From positions 32,001 to 96,000 of IMG/VR virus record IMGVR_UViG_3300032893_000735: a DNA stretch of 64,000 nt. One strand, given 5' to 3'. This stretch comes from a virus. This document shows, piece by piece, positions 18,727-26,764 of this stretch. Position 1 is the first letter of the stretch; each line of letters begins with the position of its first letter. Below the pieces are notes generated by a model that saw nothing but the letters and a program-made list of their open reading frames with translations, did not search any database and was not told the DNA's origin. Made by a program: the position numbers and the translations under genes.

Positions 18727-19359
18727 TTACAGCCGATTGATGCAGAATTCCTTGATGTTCACGGTTGTCGTTGCTGCCGATGCGAAGGTGAACGAAGGAA
18801 TAAAGTTCAAGTCGGTAATAGCGACCGACGTTGCGTTGGCATTGGCGGCATTGGCTACGACCGCGCCGTTGATGTACTGGGTGGTTCCGCACCACGATAG
18901 GATCTTGGTGAGGCTGTCCCACATGAACGTGGTCTTCAGCAAACAGTTGATGGTCACGCTCGAAGTCAAACCAGCGGTTGCGGTTCCAGTAAGAACCTTG
19001 GTACAACCTGTGCCGAGAGTAGCCAATGTGTAGCTAGATGAAGCCGAACCACCAGAGAATGTTGAAGCCTTGGCATTGTACAGATTGACCAAAGTGTTCG
19101 TGGTTGCGGTGCTCGAAGCGGTGAAGGACAGGCTGACTTCGAAAGGATGCCCGTCAAACTGACTACCAGCAATATCTGCCGGAACGCCAATAAACACGCC
19201 AACAGGATAGGTGGTGGTTGAAAGCGGGAACTCCGGCGAAGGGAAATATGGAGAAACGCCAGAGGCGGTGGGAGCGAGCAGGGCGGTTTCAGAGGTTACG
19301 GATACGACCTGCGAATAGTTGAAATTGGGGTAGCCAAAGCTAGAGTCTTGACGCGCCAT
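18727..19359 (-). CDS. Putative structural protein, paralog 2
   Basis: Aligns by eye with 16932..17558. Confidence 0.55.
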   Translation of the reverse strand: MARQDSSFGYPNFNYSQVVSVTSETALLAPTASGVSPYFPSPEFPLSTTTYPVGVFIGVPADIAGSQFDGHPFEVSLSFTASSTATTNTLVNLYNAKASTFSGGSASSSYTLATLGTGCTKVLTGTATAGLTSSVTINCLLKTTFMWDSLTKILSWCGTTQYINGAVVANAANANATSVAITDLNFIPSFTFASAATTTVNIKEFCINRL

Positions 19360-19467
19360 TTATTGATTCCTTTATAGTTGTGGGGTGATTTGTCTGGGGC
19401 CTAGAATCAGCCCCACGTTGCGCAGGCCCGAACCGGGTCTCGATTAGTGTCCAGAAAACGGACAAGA

Positions 19468-19549
19468 TGGAGCGGAAGACGAGATTCGAACTCGCATGTC
19501 TAAGACGGTTGCTTGGAAGGCAACGGCTCTACCACTGAGCGACTTCCGC
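19468..19549 (-). tRNA. tRNA-Gly(TCC), extended variable arm
   Basis: Cloverleaf, encoded CCA, loop CTTCCAA. Confidence 0.85.
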
Positions 19550-19554
19550 GAACT

Positions 19555-19632
19555 TGGTCCCCGAAGACGGACTTGAACCGCCCACCTAGCGGTTATCGAC
19601 CGCTTGCTCTTGTCAAGATGAGCTATTCGGGG
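19555..19632 (-). tRNA. tRNA-Ile(GAT)
   Basis: Loop TCGATAA, CCA. Confidence 0.8.
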
Positions 19633-19633
19633 A

Positions 19634-19707
19634 TGGTGCCGAATAAGAGATTCGAACTCCTGTCTTCTGGGTGTAGACCAGAGGCCCTGCCTTTAGGCGA
19701 ACTCGGC
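19634..19707 (-). tRNA. tRNA-Val(TAC)
   Basis: Loop TCTACAC, CCA. Confidence 0.75.
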
Positions 19708-19712
19708 AAAAC

Positions 19713-19787
19713 TGGTGATCGCAGACAGAATCAAACTGTCATATCAGGCTTCGGAGACCTGCGCTCTGTTCTTTGAGCTATGCGACC
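19713..19787 (-). tRNA. tRNA-Arg(CCG)
   Basis: Loop CTCCGAA, CCA. Confidence 0.8.
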
Positions 19788-19791
19788 AAAC

Positions 19792-19867
19792 TGGAGATCC
19801 CGCCGAGACTCAAACTCGGGTCTGAAGTTTAGGAAACTACTGCTCTATTCTCCTGAGCTACGGGACC
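19792..19867 (-). tRNA. tRNA-Arg(CCT)
   Basis: Loop TTCCTAA, CCA. Confidence 0.8.
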
Positions 19868-19873
19868 GAAACT

Positions 19874-19949
19874 TGGAACTCCTGGAGGGAGTCGAACCCC
19901 CGACCTAGACTTTAGAAAAATCCCGCTCTTCCGTCTGAGCTACAGGAGC
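19874..19949 (-). tRNA. tRNA-Arg(TCT)
   Basis: Loop TTTCTAA, CCA. Confidence 0.85.
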
Positions 19950-19953
19950 AAAC

Positions 19954-20028
19954 TGGTAGACCGCCAGAGACTCGAACTCTGTCCAAGACGCGGTAAAAGC
20001 ACGTTATGCACCCTCACACTCACGGTCC
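19954..20028 (-). tRNA. tRNA-Lys(TTT)
   Basis: Loop CTTTTAC, CCA. Confidence 0.7.
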
Positions 20029-20034
20029 AAAACT

Positions 20035-20110
20035 TGGTGCGTCCAGAGGGAAACGATCCCCCGACCTTCTCATTAAGAGTGAGTTGCTCTACCAACTGAG
20101 CTATGGACGC
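20035..20110 (-). tRNA. tRNA-Lys(CTT)
   Basis: Loop CTCTTAA, CCA. Confidence 0.85.
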
Positions 20111-20111
20111 A

Positions 20112-20204
20112 TGGTAGGCGATGAGTGAGTTGAACACTCCCGTTGCGCTAATCTGGCGCTTTCCCGAGTCTATAAGTCTCAGCCGCACACCGATGCTATC
20201 GCCC
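20112..20204 (-). tRNA. Atypical tRNA with TAT anticodon (Ile?) and a long variable arm
   Basis: Loop CTTATAG, GCGC..GCGC variable stem, CCA. Confidence 0.65.
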
Positions 20205-20211
20205 GTAAACT

Positions 20212-20282
20212 TGGTGCCAAAGCGGGGAATCAAACCCCTCATTCCGCTTTATGAGGGCAGATGCCGAATCATCGGCCTTGGC
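20212..20282 (-). tRNA. tRNA with CAT anticodon (Met/Ile2)
   Basis: Loop CTCATAA, short D arm, CCA. Confidence 0.65.
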
Positions 20283-20287
20283 AAAAC

Positions 20288-20362
20288 TGGCGGGAGATGT
20301 AGGATTTTAACCCACAAGTTCCGGGTTGGAGCCGGACAGTTTGACATTGAGCTTAATCTCCC
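20288..20362 (-). tRNA. tRNA-Trp(CCA)
   Basis: Loop CTCCAAC, CCA. Confidence 0.75.
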
Positions 20363-20363
20363 G

Positions 20364-20438
20364 TGGAACCCGGTAGCGGAGTTCAACCGCTGTTTCGAAG
20401 TTCGTAGCTTCGCGCCTTATGCGTTAGACGAACCGGGC
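20364..20438 (-). tRNA. tRNA-Arg(ACG)
   Basis: Loop CTACGAA, CCA. Confidence 0.8.
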
Positions 20439-20447
20439 ATTTTAAAA

Positions 20448-20521
20448 TGGTCGGGGTAGAGGTAATCGAAACCTCGTCTTATGATCCCAAATCATAGGCT
20501 TGACCTTCCAGCTATACCCCG
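20448..20521 (-). tRNA. tRNA-Pro(TGG)
   Basis: Loop TTTGGGA, CCA. Confidence 0.85.
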
Positions 20522-20522
20522 A

Positions 20523-20598
20523 TGGTGGGCAGTCGCAGAATCGAACTGCGCCGTGAGGCTTTTCAGACCTCCGTTCCAACCATGCAAACTCACTACCC
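20523..20598 (-). tRNA. tRNA-Phe(GAA)
   Basis: Loop CTGAAAA, CCA. Confidence 0.8.
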
Positions 20599-20710
20599 AA
20601 AACTTATTCGGTTTTATCTGCATCATCATTCTCGGGCATATAAGAGGTTAGTCAAGCTAACGTAGGATGCTTGCAATGGCAGAGCGGGAAACCGAAAAAC
20701 ACCTTTGTAT

Positions 20711-20786
20711 TGGTGGAGCATGTCGGATCTGCCCCGACTGCCTCCGCGTTGCAGGCGCGGCGCTCTCCTAATTGAGCTAATGCCCC
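20711..20786 (-). tRNA. tRNA-Ala(TGC)
   Basis: GGGGC acceptor with G3.U70, loop CCTGCAA, CCA. Confidence 0.85.
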
Positions 20787-21325
20787 TACTCGGGGTGCCT
20801 CCATTTGTAAGGCCCGTCCCGATTATTATAGTGGTCCAAATCATGACAATTAGGGCATAAGAGTTCCAAATTGTCTATCGTATTATTTGTTCGATCTCTA
20901 TCCTTATGGTGAACTTGCAAAATTTCCGGATGAAGATCATACCCACATCTGTTACAAATCTTATCGTAAGTTCGAAGTGCTATCGCTCTGTAGCTGTATC
21001 TTCCATCGCCATAATGACTTGGTCTGAGAATTTCATTATGCTTTCCCATTCTTTGGGCGTCATCTTTGCAGATTCTAGAACAAAATCGGAGTCCGCTCTT
21101 CGATTTCTTGAGATTAGATTGACTTCTGTAAAAGATCAACCCACAGTTGTCACACTTTAGTTCATGTATTTTAGACGGATTGGATGCTCGGAAACATTCA
21201 GGGCTACAGTATCTCCTACCTGCATGTTTTGGGGCATAGAAACTTTTTCCGCAAAAAGTACAGAACTGCAAAAACAACTTACGCTGCTTTCCATCATAGA
21301 TAGTTGAAACAATTACCTCTTCCAC
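20786..21325 (-). CDS. HNH endonuclease with N-terminal Zn-binding repeats, inserted in the tRNA array
   Basis: LQVHHKDRDRTNN...NLELLCPNCH; GTG start after AGAGGA. Confidence 0.85.
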   Translation of the reverse strand: MEEVIVSTIYDGKQRKLFLQFCTFCGKSFYAPKHAGRRYCSPECFRASNPSKIHELKCDNCGLIFYRSQSNLKKSKSGLRFCSRICKDDAQRMGKHNEILRPSHYGDGRYSYRAIALRTYDKICNRCGYDLHPEILQVHHKDRDRTNNTIDNLELLCPNCHDLDHYNNRDGPYKWRHPE

Positions 21326-21440
21326 GTTTAGTCCTCTTCTGGGGGCGGGACCTACGCGAATCATCAATCCACCACCTGTAGAATTTCTATGCTACAGGAC
21401 ATTTACCACGCTTGAGTTTAGCATCCTCAAACACTTATTT

Positions 21441-21520
21441 TGGGGTGGCCGGAGGAAGTTGAATCCTCAAGAAGCAAATTCCACAGACTTGTCCGACATA
21501 CCCGTAGTCGGCACGGCCAC
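21441..21520 (-). tRNA. tRNA-His(GTG)
   Basis: Loop CTGTGGA, C73 discriminator, CCA. Confidence 0.8.
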
Positions 21521-21547
21521 ACTTGTTGTCCATTATCTGGACGAAAC

Positions 21548-21629
21548 TGGAGCCTAGTGAGGGACTCGAACCCTCGCGTTGGAATGGCAGTTTACAAAAC
21601 TGCTGCTGTCGCCGCTGAGCCAACTAGGC
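21548..21629 (-). tRNA. tRNA-Thr(TGT)
   Basis: Loop TTTGTAA, CCA. Confidence 0.8.
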
Positions 21630-21675
21630 ATTTCACGTCCGCACTTAGGGAGGCGGAACTCCAACTTACAAAGAA

Positions 21676-21704
21676 ATACTACCACAACATTTCTTAATTG
21701 TCAA
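21676..21704 (-). promoter_or_regulatory. Internal sigma70 promoter of the tRNA array
   Basis: TTGACA-17-TAGTAT with TG extension. Confidence 0.75.
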
Positions 21705-21712
21705 GCGAAATC

Positions 21713-21787
21713 TGGAGCCGAATAGCGGCCTCAAACCGCTGTCTCATGCGTACCAAGCATGTGCTCTTTCTGTTGAGCTAATTCGGC
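21713..21787 (-). tRNA. tRNA-Thr(GGT)
   Basis: Loop TTGGTAC, CCA. Confidence 0.8.
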
Positions 21788-21788
21788 T

Positions 21789-21862
21789 TGGAGCCCAATT
21801 GGGGAATTCAACCCCAGTCTTCTCTGTACGAAGGAGATGTACTGGCACTGTACTAATCGGGC
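21789..21862 (-). tRNA. tRNA-Thr(CGT)
   Basis: Loop TTCGTAC, CCA. Confidence 0.75.
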
Positions 21863-21868
21863 ATTAGT

Positions 21869-21943
21869 TGGCTCCGCCGCGAGGTTACGATCCCCGTTTC
21901 CCGAGTTCAAAGCCCGGTGCCTTACCGATTAGACGACGGCGGA
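21869..21943 (-). tRNA. tRNA-Gln(TTG)
   Basis: Loop CTTTGAA, CCA. Confidence 0.8.
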
Positions 21944-21949
21944 ATAACT

Positions 21950-22028
21950 TGGGGAGGTAGACGGGAATTGAACCCGCGTAACACGGTGTGAAAGACCGTG
22001 GACAAAAACCAGCGTTGTCGGCTACCTC
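21950..22028 (-). tRNA. tRNA-Glu(TTC)
   Basis: Loop CTTTCAC, CCA. Confidence 0.75.
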
Positions 22029-22045
22029 AAACTTTTTATCTAAAA

Positions 22046-22132
22046 TGGCGGAAGTCGGAGGTAACGATCCCCCATCCCTTTCGGGAGCCACGGTTTTCAA
22101 AACCGTTTGTCTCACCATCGACGGCGACTTCC
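22046..22132 (-). tRNA. tRNA-Ser(TGA)
   Basis: Loop TTTGAAA, long variable arm, GCCA end. Confidence 0.85.
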
Positions 22133-22136
22133 AAAC

Positions 22137-22224
22137 TGGCGGTTGGTTGAGAAATCGAATCCCCGTGCCTTACGACACTCCGACTGCTTTCGAAACAGTT
22201 TGCGAACCTTTCGCGGAACCAACC
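22137..22224 (-). tRNA. tRNA-Ser(CGA)
   Basis: Loop TTCGAAA, long variable arm, GCCA end. Confidence 0.8.
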
Positions 22225-22374
22225 TTAAACTAATTCGCGGAGAGAATTTCGGCGTCAGTACAATGTTTCTTTCGCTGGGCAGTTTCTCTCTGCCTCGGAT
22301 CGGGTTCTAGACCCCGTTAGCTAGTACCTGAAAAGCATCCCTCGTCTGCACACGACCTATTTCTAGCGCGAAAC

Positions 22375-22460
22375 TGGCGGAAAGCACAGGAGTTTAACCT
22401 GATACCTTTCAGTACGCATCCGCTTCCAACGGAGCCTCGGAACGTCCGAGTTTACTTTCC
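22375..22460 (-). tRNA. tRNA-Ser(GGA)
   Basis: Loop TTGGAAG, long variable arm, GCCA end. Confidence 0.75.
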
Positions 22461-22461
22461 A

Positions 22462-22550
22462 TGGCGGAGAAGGTGGGTGCTGACCCCACGCGGCTCTTTC
22501 AAGTCCACTGGTTTAGCAAACCAGCCCGTTTACCGTTCCGGCACTTCTCC
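22462..22550 (-). tRNA. tRNA-Ser(GCT)
   Basis: Loop TTGCTAA, long variable arm, GCCA end. Confidence 0.8.
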
Positions 22551-22558
22551 GTAAAACT

Positions 22559-22625
22559 TGGTTGAGAACGTGTGCTCTGGTCGGGTTGATTAAGCACGTT
22601 TACCGCAGCCGACCAGCGTTCTCAA
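22559..22625 (-). ncRNA. CCA-ended hairpin RNA of unknown class
   Basis: UUGAGAACG/CGUUCUCAA stem plus CCA; inner stem CUGGUCGG/CCGACCAG; occupies a tRNA slot. Confidence 0.55.
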
Positions 22626-22628
22626 ACT

Positions 22629-22706
22629 TGGTGCGGATGGTCGGATTTGAGCCGACAGACCGAAAGGTTTGAGCTTTCGAGGTATTCCAATTCCCATCAC
22701 ATCCGC
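22629..22706 (-). tRNA. tRNA-Leu(CAA), short variable loop
   Basis: Loop CTCAAAC, CCA. Confidence 0.75.
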
Positions 22707-22711
22707 AAACT

Positions 22712-22793
22712 TGGTACCCGCAGAGGGACTTGAACCCCCACCCCTAGAGAATGCATCCTAAGTGCATCGTGTCTGCCATTCCACCATGCGGGC
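22712..22793 (-). tRNA. tRNA-Leu(TAG)
   Basis: Loop CTTAGGA, CCA. Confidence 0.85.
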
Positions 22794-22803
22794 AAAATTA
22801 AAC

Positions 22804-22890
22804 TGGTACTCGGGAAGGGACTCGAACCCTCATCCCCTTTCGAGGATTAGCACCTCAAGCTAACGCGGCTTCCAATTTCGCCACCCGAGT
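22804..22890 (-). tRNA. tRNA-Leu(GAG)
   Basis: Loop TTGAGGT, long variable arm, CCA. Confidence 0.85.
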
Positions 22891-22965
22891 AAAACTTTGT
22901 CGGATTTGTCCAGGCGGGGTCCGACTGGCCTCGATACGTTTAAAGTGGTGTTTGTCATCCACTAA

Positions 22966-23040
22966 TGGAGTACCGTGCTGGACTTCAACCAGCTAAAGAG
23001 GTTTTGCAGACCTCTGATTCGAGCCTTTATCTTACGGTAC
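22966..23040 (-). tRNA. tRNA-Cys(GCA)
   Basis: Loop CTGCAAA, U73, CCA. Confidence 0.75.
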
Positions 23041-23041
23041 A

Positions 23042-23117
23042 TGGTAGGCGGCCCGAGATTCGAACTCGGATATCAACGATCTTAAATCGTTTGCCTTTGC
23101 CGTTAGGCTAGCCGCCC
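23042..23117 (-). tRNA. tRNA-Leu(TAA), short variable loop
   Basis: Loop TTTAAGA, CCA. Confidence 0.8.
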
Positions 23118-23126
23118 ACTAAAAAC

Positions 23127-23155
23127 ATCCTACCACGGACAATTGGGTTTGTCAA
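23127..23155 (-). promoter_or_regulatory. sigma70 promoter at the start of the tRNA array
   Basis: TTGACA-17-TAGGAT with TG extension. Confidence 0.75.
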
Positions 23156-23700
23156 GCGAAAAGATAGGGCCTCCACCGTTCATCTTCTTCCAACCCAACA
23201 AGTCTCAGCAAAGCACGAGACGTATGAACAGTCAATCGACCAGGAGGATTTAGCAACTTCATGTCCGCCTCTTCGGGCGTCCTATCAGCCTTCTTGAGGT
23301 TGCAAAATTTGCAAGCGGAAGTCAGGTTCTCCCAAATAAATCCGCCGCCTCGACTCTCAGGCAGGATATGATCCAGCGTCAGTACAACCTTCTGTGGCTT
23401 CCCGTTAACGAGGATCGTCGAGCCTTCCTTAGCCCCGCAATACTGGCATCTATAACGATCCCTAGCGTAAATGTTCGACCGAGTAAGGATCGATATCCGA
23501 ACAGGAATCCGCTTGTAGTTCCTCAGCCGGATAACGCAGGGGAGCATGATGCCGGGATAGACCTCAACACCGTAGTCTTCTTCCGCAACCGCTGAACCCT
23601 TGACTAGCAACTTCAGGGCGTTCTTAGCCCGCGTGATGCTGACGGGCTCATACGAGGCGTTAAGAACAAGAACTGCTTTATTTACGAGTGATCCGCTCAT
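23152..23700 (-). CDS. HNH endonuclease (McrA-like)
   Basis: VLVLNASYEP, RDRYRCQYCG, LTLDHILPESRGG..WENL..AC..CN..K. Confidence 0.9.
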   Translation of the reverse strand: MSGSLVNKAVLVLNASYEPVSITRAKNALKLLVKGSAVAEEDYGVEVYPGIMLPCVIRLRNYKRIPVRISILTRSNIYARDRYRCQYCGAKEGSTILVNGKPQKVVLTLDHILPESRGGGFIWENLTSACKFCNLKKADRTPEEADMKLLNPPGRLTVHTSRALLRLVGLEEDERWRPYLFA

Positions 23701-23733
23701 GAGTCTATTATAGCATACCCAGTCAAACCGTAC

Positions 23734-24078
23734 TCACCATAGCCCGTTGAACGCACCTTTGTTAGCAAGTTGCTTCATCCGTTTATTGAACAAACGACCG
23801 TGGCAGGACTTCTGTGTGACTCTATCCCATGTTTCCACATGTACGCATTCATGAAGGACCGTAAGGATCGTGATCGCCTTGAATTTCTTTATCTCTTCCG
23901 AAATCCAGATTTCGAACTTCCGCTCGTCTTTAGGAACCTTTCCATGTTTGGACAAGGTGTTCCCGATGGAGTGCGGTGGCATCTTTGACTTCTTCTGCCA
24001 CTTGATTTTCACATTCTTTAGTTTGTTCCGGAAGTACCGTGAGTTGGCCAGATGGAATATCTCTTCAAGTCTAGTCAT
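23734..24078 (-). CDS. SprT-like metalloprotease domain protein
   Basis: TVLHECVH...HGRLF. Confidence 0.7.
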   Translation of the reverse strand: MTRLEEIFHLANSRYFRNKLKNVKIKWQKKSKMPPHSIGNTLSKHGKVPKDERKFEIWISEEIKKFKAITILTVLHECVHVETWDRVTQKSCHGRLFNKRMKQLANKGAFNGLW

Positions 24079-24101
24079 TTAATATATTATATCACGCAGA
24101 G

Positions 24102-24419
24102 TCAACCATTAAGATAAGCCAACAGATCTGGATTGTCCCTGAGAACCTGGAGCAGAACCGGAGCCACACAGTTCACGAAATCTTCCGCGTCCAGTTTTGG
24201 ATCAGTTTCATACGCTCCGGTAAACGACGGGTAAGTGCAACAATGCAGGGCCTCGTGCAATAAAACTTCTTTGGCTTTAGTCGCCCTGAGATTTTTCCGG
24301 ATACGTATCTCCGTCAGATCGAAGTCCGTTGAACCGAGTTCGTCAGGAAGTTCTTCAAGTGTCTTCCGGACAATCTTGTACGTATGAGGTCCGATCTTGA
24401 TTGTCCGTGGCATCTTCAT
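24102..24419 (-). CDS. HExxH metallopeptidase-like phage protein
   Basis: EVLLHEALH. Confidence 0.6.
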   Translation of the reverse strand: MKMPRTIKIGPHTYKIVRKTLEELPDELGSTDFDLTEIRIRKNLRATKAKEVLLHEALHCCTYPSFTGAYETDPKLDAEDFVNCVAPVLLQVLRDNPDLLAYLNG

Positions 24420-24877
24420 GTTCGCGCCTTGAATAATTCCGATTCCCACTGCCTACGTCTGGTCAGTCCATCAACCGGGGCCAGAACTCCCTTAACCCGA
24501 GACTTGTTATATTTCAGGATCTCAGAGGGAACAGCATCGTACTTCCCGTCATTAAGTCCAGTTTCGGACACTAGGGTTTTAAGGGTTCCGCAACCTAGAT
24601 TGTAACAGAAGCTGGACAGCGCGTCGAACTGGTTCTGGTTCAGAGGGGTTTTAATGAAAGCTACAATATATTTTTCTGAGCGATTCTTCAAGTCCTCCGC
24701 AAAGTCGGACATGGCTTTGTCCATAGTCTCGGGAACCTTCTCATTGTCCAGCAGCGGACCCTTGTGCATCAAGTGCCCGACGCCTTCCGTGGCATTCCCT
24801 GACAGGTCATTATATGGAACAAGTTTGACGCCTTCAAATCCGGCGATCTTCTTGACAGCTTCTGGGGAGGTGTTCAT
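24416..24877 (-). CDS. Endolysin, GH24 lysozyme
   Basis: FEG...Y.D..G..T.G.GH; NQNQFDALSSFCYNLG; GLTRRR..E. Confidence 0.92.
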   Translation of the reverse strand: MNTSPEAVKKIAGFEGVKLVPYNDLSGNATEGVGHLMHKGPLLDNEKVPETMDKAMSDFAEDLKNRSEKYIVAFIKTPLNQNQFDALSSFCYNLGCGTLKTLVSETGLNDGKYDAVPSEILKYNKSRVKGVLAPVDGLTRRRQWESELFKART

Positions 24878-25422
24878 AGGGGCCAGTGATAAACCTGGGG
24901 GTCAGTTTGTCTAGCAAATTTTCGCAAAAGATGGATAGGTACTTTATCTGCATCGGGGCGGAAGTCAATTATCTTGTAAGCACCCTTCCACAGATTGCAC
25001 CTGACGCACAGAGGCTGAATGTTATAGATCTGATTACTTCCTCCTAAAAAAAGAGAAAGGATGTGGTCTGGGACAAGACGATACTCGGATGATCCGCACC
25101 TCAGACATTCGTGATTATATTTTTCTTTAAGGGATTCCCATTCTTCGGGGAGAAATTTACCGTCAGCCTCTGCTTCTCTTTGAAGCCTGTGACGTTTCTT
25201 CCTCGCAGCGTAACTCTCTGTTCCGTCTTCGCTGTGTACTCTTCGAACTCTTTCTTTTCTGAAAGTCGAACGAGTCTCTCTAGGCTCTATTCTATCTGGG
25301 TCTTCGTCCCAGCGACTACTCCTACACCCAGCACATCTGACTGGAATCGAATAGGCAGACCATGCGTACCCACATAGGTTGCACTCACATTCATACATTG
25401 TTACTATGATTTTTTCAATCAT
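24874..25422 (-). CDS. HNH endonuclease
   Basis: CLRCG..DHILSLFLGGSN..NIQPLCVRCN. Confidence 0.85.
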   Translation of the reverse strand: MIEKIIVTMYECECNLCGYAWSAYSIPVRCAGCRSSRWDEDPDRIEPRETRSTFRKERVRRVHSEDGTESYAARKKRHRLQREAEADGKFLPEEWESLKEKYNHECLRCGSSEYRLVPDHILSLFLGGSNQIYNIQPLCVRCNLWKGAYKIIDFRPDADKVPIHLLRKFARQTDPQVYHWPL

Positions 25423-26764
25423 TCGTTTCCTCTTCCGAACAGTAACTACTGCTTCGGCGGTTTACAGATATAGCAAGTGCAGGTAGCAGAATGTTTAGGT
25501 CTTCCAAGTTTTAAGGCCATCTGCGCCAAAATAGATTCAGCTACAGAAGATCCAGGTGGCTTTGGTTTCTCTGTTTGAGTCTCGTTCTTCAAAACTTCTA
25601 CACAGGAGAATTGGTCTAACTCCGAAGAGGAAAGTATTCGACTAACTTCTTGTTCTATCGGTACTGTTTTAGAATCCCTAGAATTCCAGTCTCGATGCTT
25701 CCCTTTTCCAGCACAACGCTTAGGAATGCTTTCGGATAGCCAAGTATGCCCGCACCAGCAAATACATTCGTTTACTTCTTTTCGTCTTATCATCTGGTTC
25801 CATAGTACCAAGTTATTTGTCGTCCCATAGAACCCGATCTTTATCTTTTGGTTCCATAGTACCAAAACTTTTAAGGGAGGGTCGGGGTCGCTAGGTGAAG
25901 TCTCAGTCCTACGGCACAACGCGGGGGTCAGGCCCCCGGTGGGTGGGCCGCGTTTCGTAGGGTCCCCCGCAAGTCGCACATATCAAACGACTTAGCGCCA
26001 CCGTAGACAAGTCTCTTGGAGAATCTCCGCCGGACCGATACTGCATCTATTGCCACACTGTAGTCACAGCTTACCTGTAACCTATTGATTCTAAAGGGGC
26101 GATGCAAAACTAATGTTATCGGTCGATGGGTTTGGCCGATTCGGTGGCCGATGCCCGGTGAAAACTGTATGTTGATTCTAAACGACTTAGGCCATGTAAC
26201 CCCGCCGCTGTGTCCTGTTCTATGGCCGATAGCCTAAGGTAAACGTCTCAGTACTGAGTCATTTAGATCCTAATACAGACGTGCTACTTGCCTTGGACAC
26301 GTCTTTGCCTCTACCCTTGCGCTTTGCTCTAGTCTTTGGCTTAAGTCTTTTAAAGCCTTGCAGTTGCCTAGTCGCATCCAAGACTTGTTTAATGCTGGCC
26401 TTGGGGTCCTGGATAATACGGATTAGGGCTAGCTCTGCTATTTGAGATTGAGTCTTGGGCATTAGGTAAGCGATACTACGTAAGCGTATGGGTTGGTACG
26501 GGCCCGTGTGATCCATTGCGAATCTAGCAATAATTGACCGCGACTGAGGATAGCGCTTGCTGTGTGCGGGCCCGTCTATAGTGTATAGAGTGATTCGGGG
26601 CGCGAAAACGTGCATTCCGTCCGTAAAATGGATTTTCGCAATGTTTTTCGGCCTTCATTATCAATCGTTTAGGGTAGTTTTCCACATTTTCCACAGACAG
26701 GGGAGATTGACACAAATTCGGGATAGTGGGAATCTAGGAATGTCAACGCAACAAAGGAGACGAG

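Noticed and set aside
19634-19707. Amber suppressor tRNA (CTA) or stop-codon recoding
   Set aside because: The 5-bp stem places TAC at positions 34-36, and long genes read through normally under the standard code
20600-20786. tmRNA or two-piece tmRNA
   Set aside because: The Ala tRNA is a complete cloverleaf and no tag reading frame is apparent
21335-21440. Theta/HDV-like ribozyme after tRNA-His
   Set aside because: I could not build the nested double pseudoknot, and the tRNA already encodes CCA
26259-26615. Terminase small subunit
   Set aside because: Only position and basic composition suggest it; no recognisable motif
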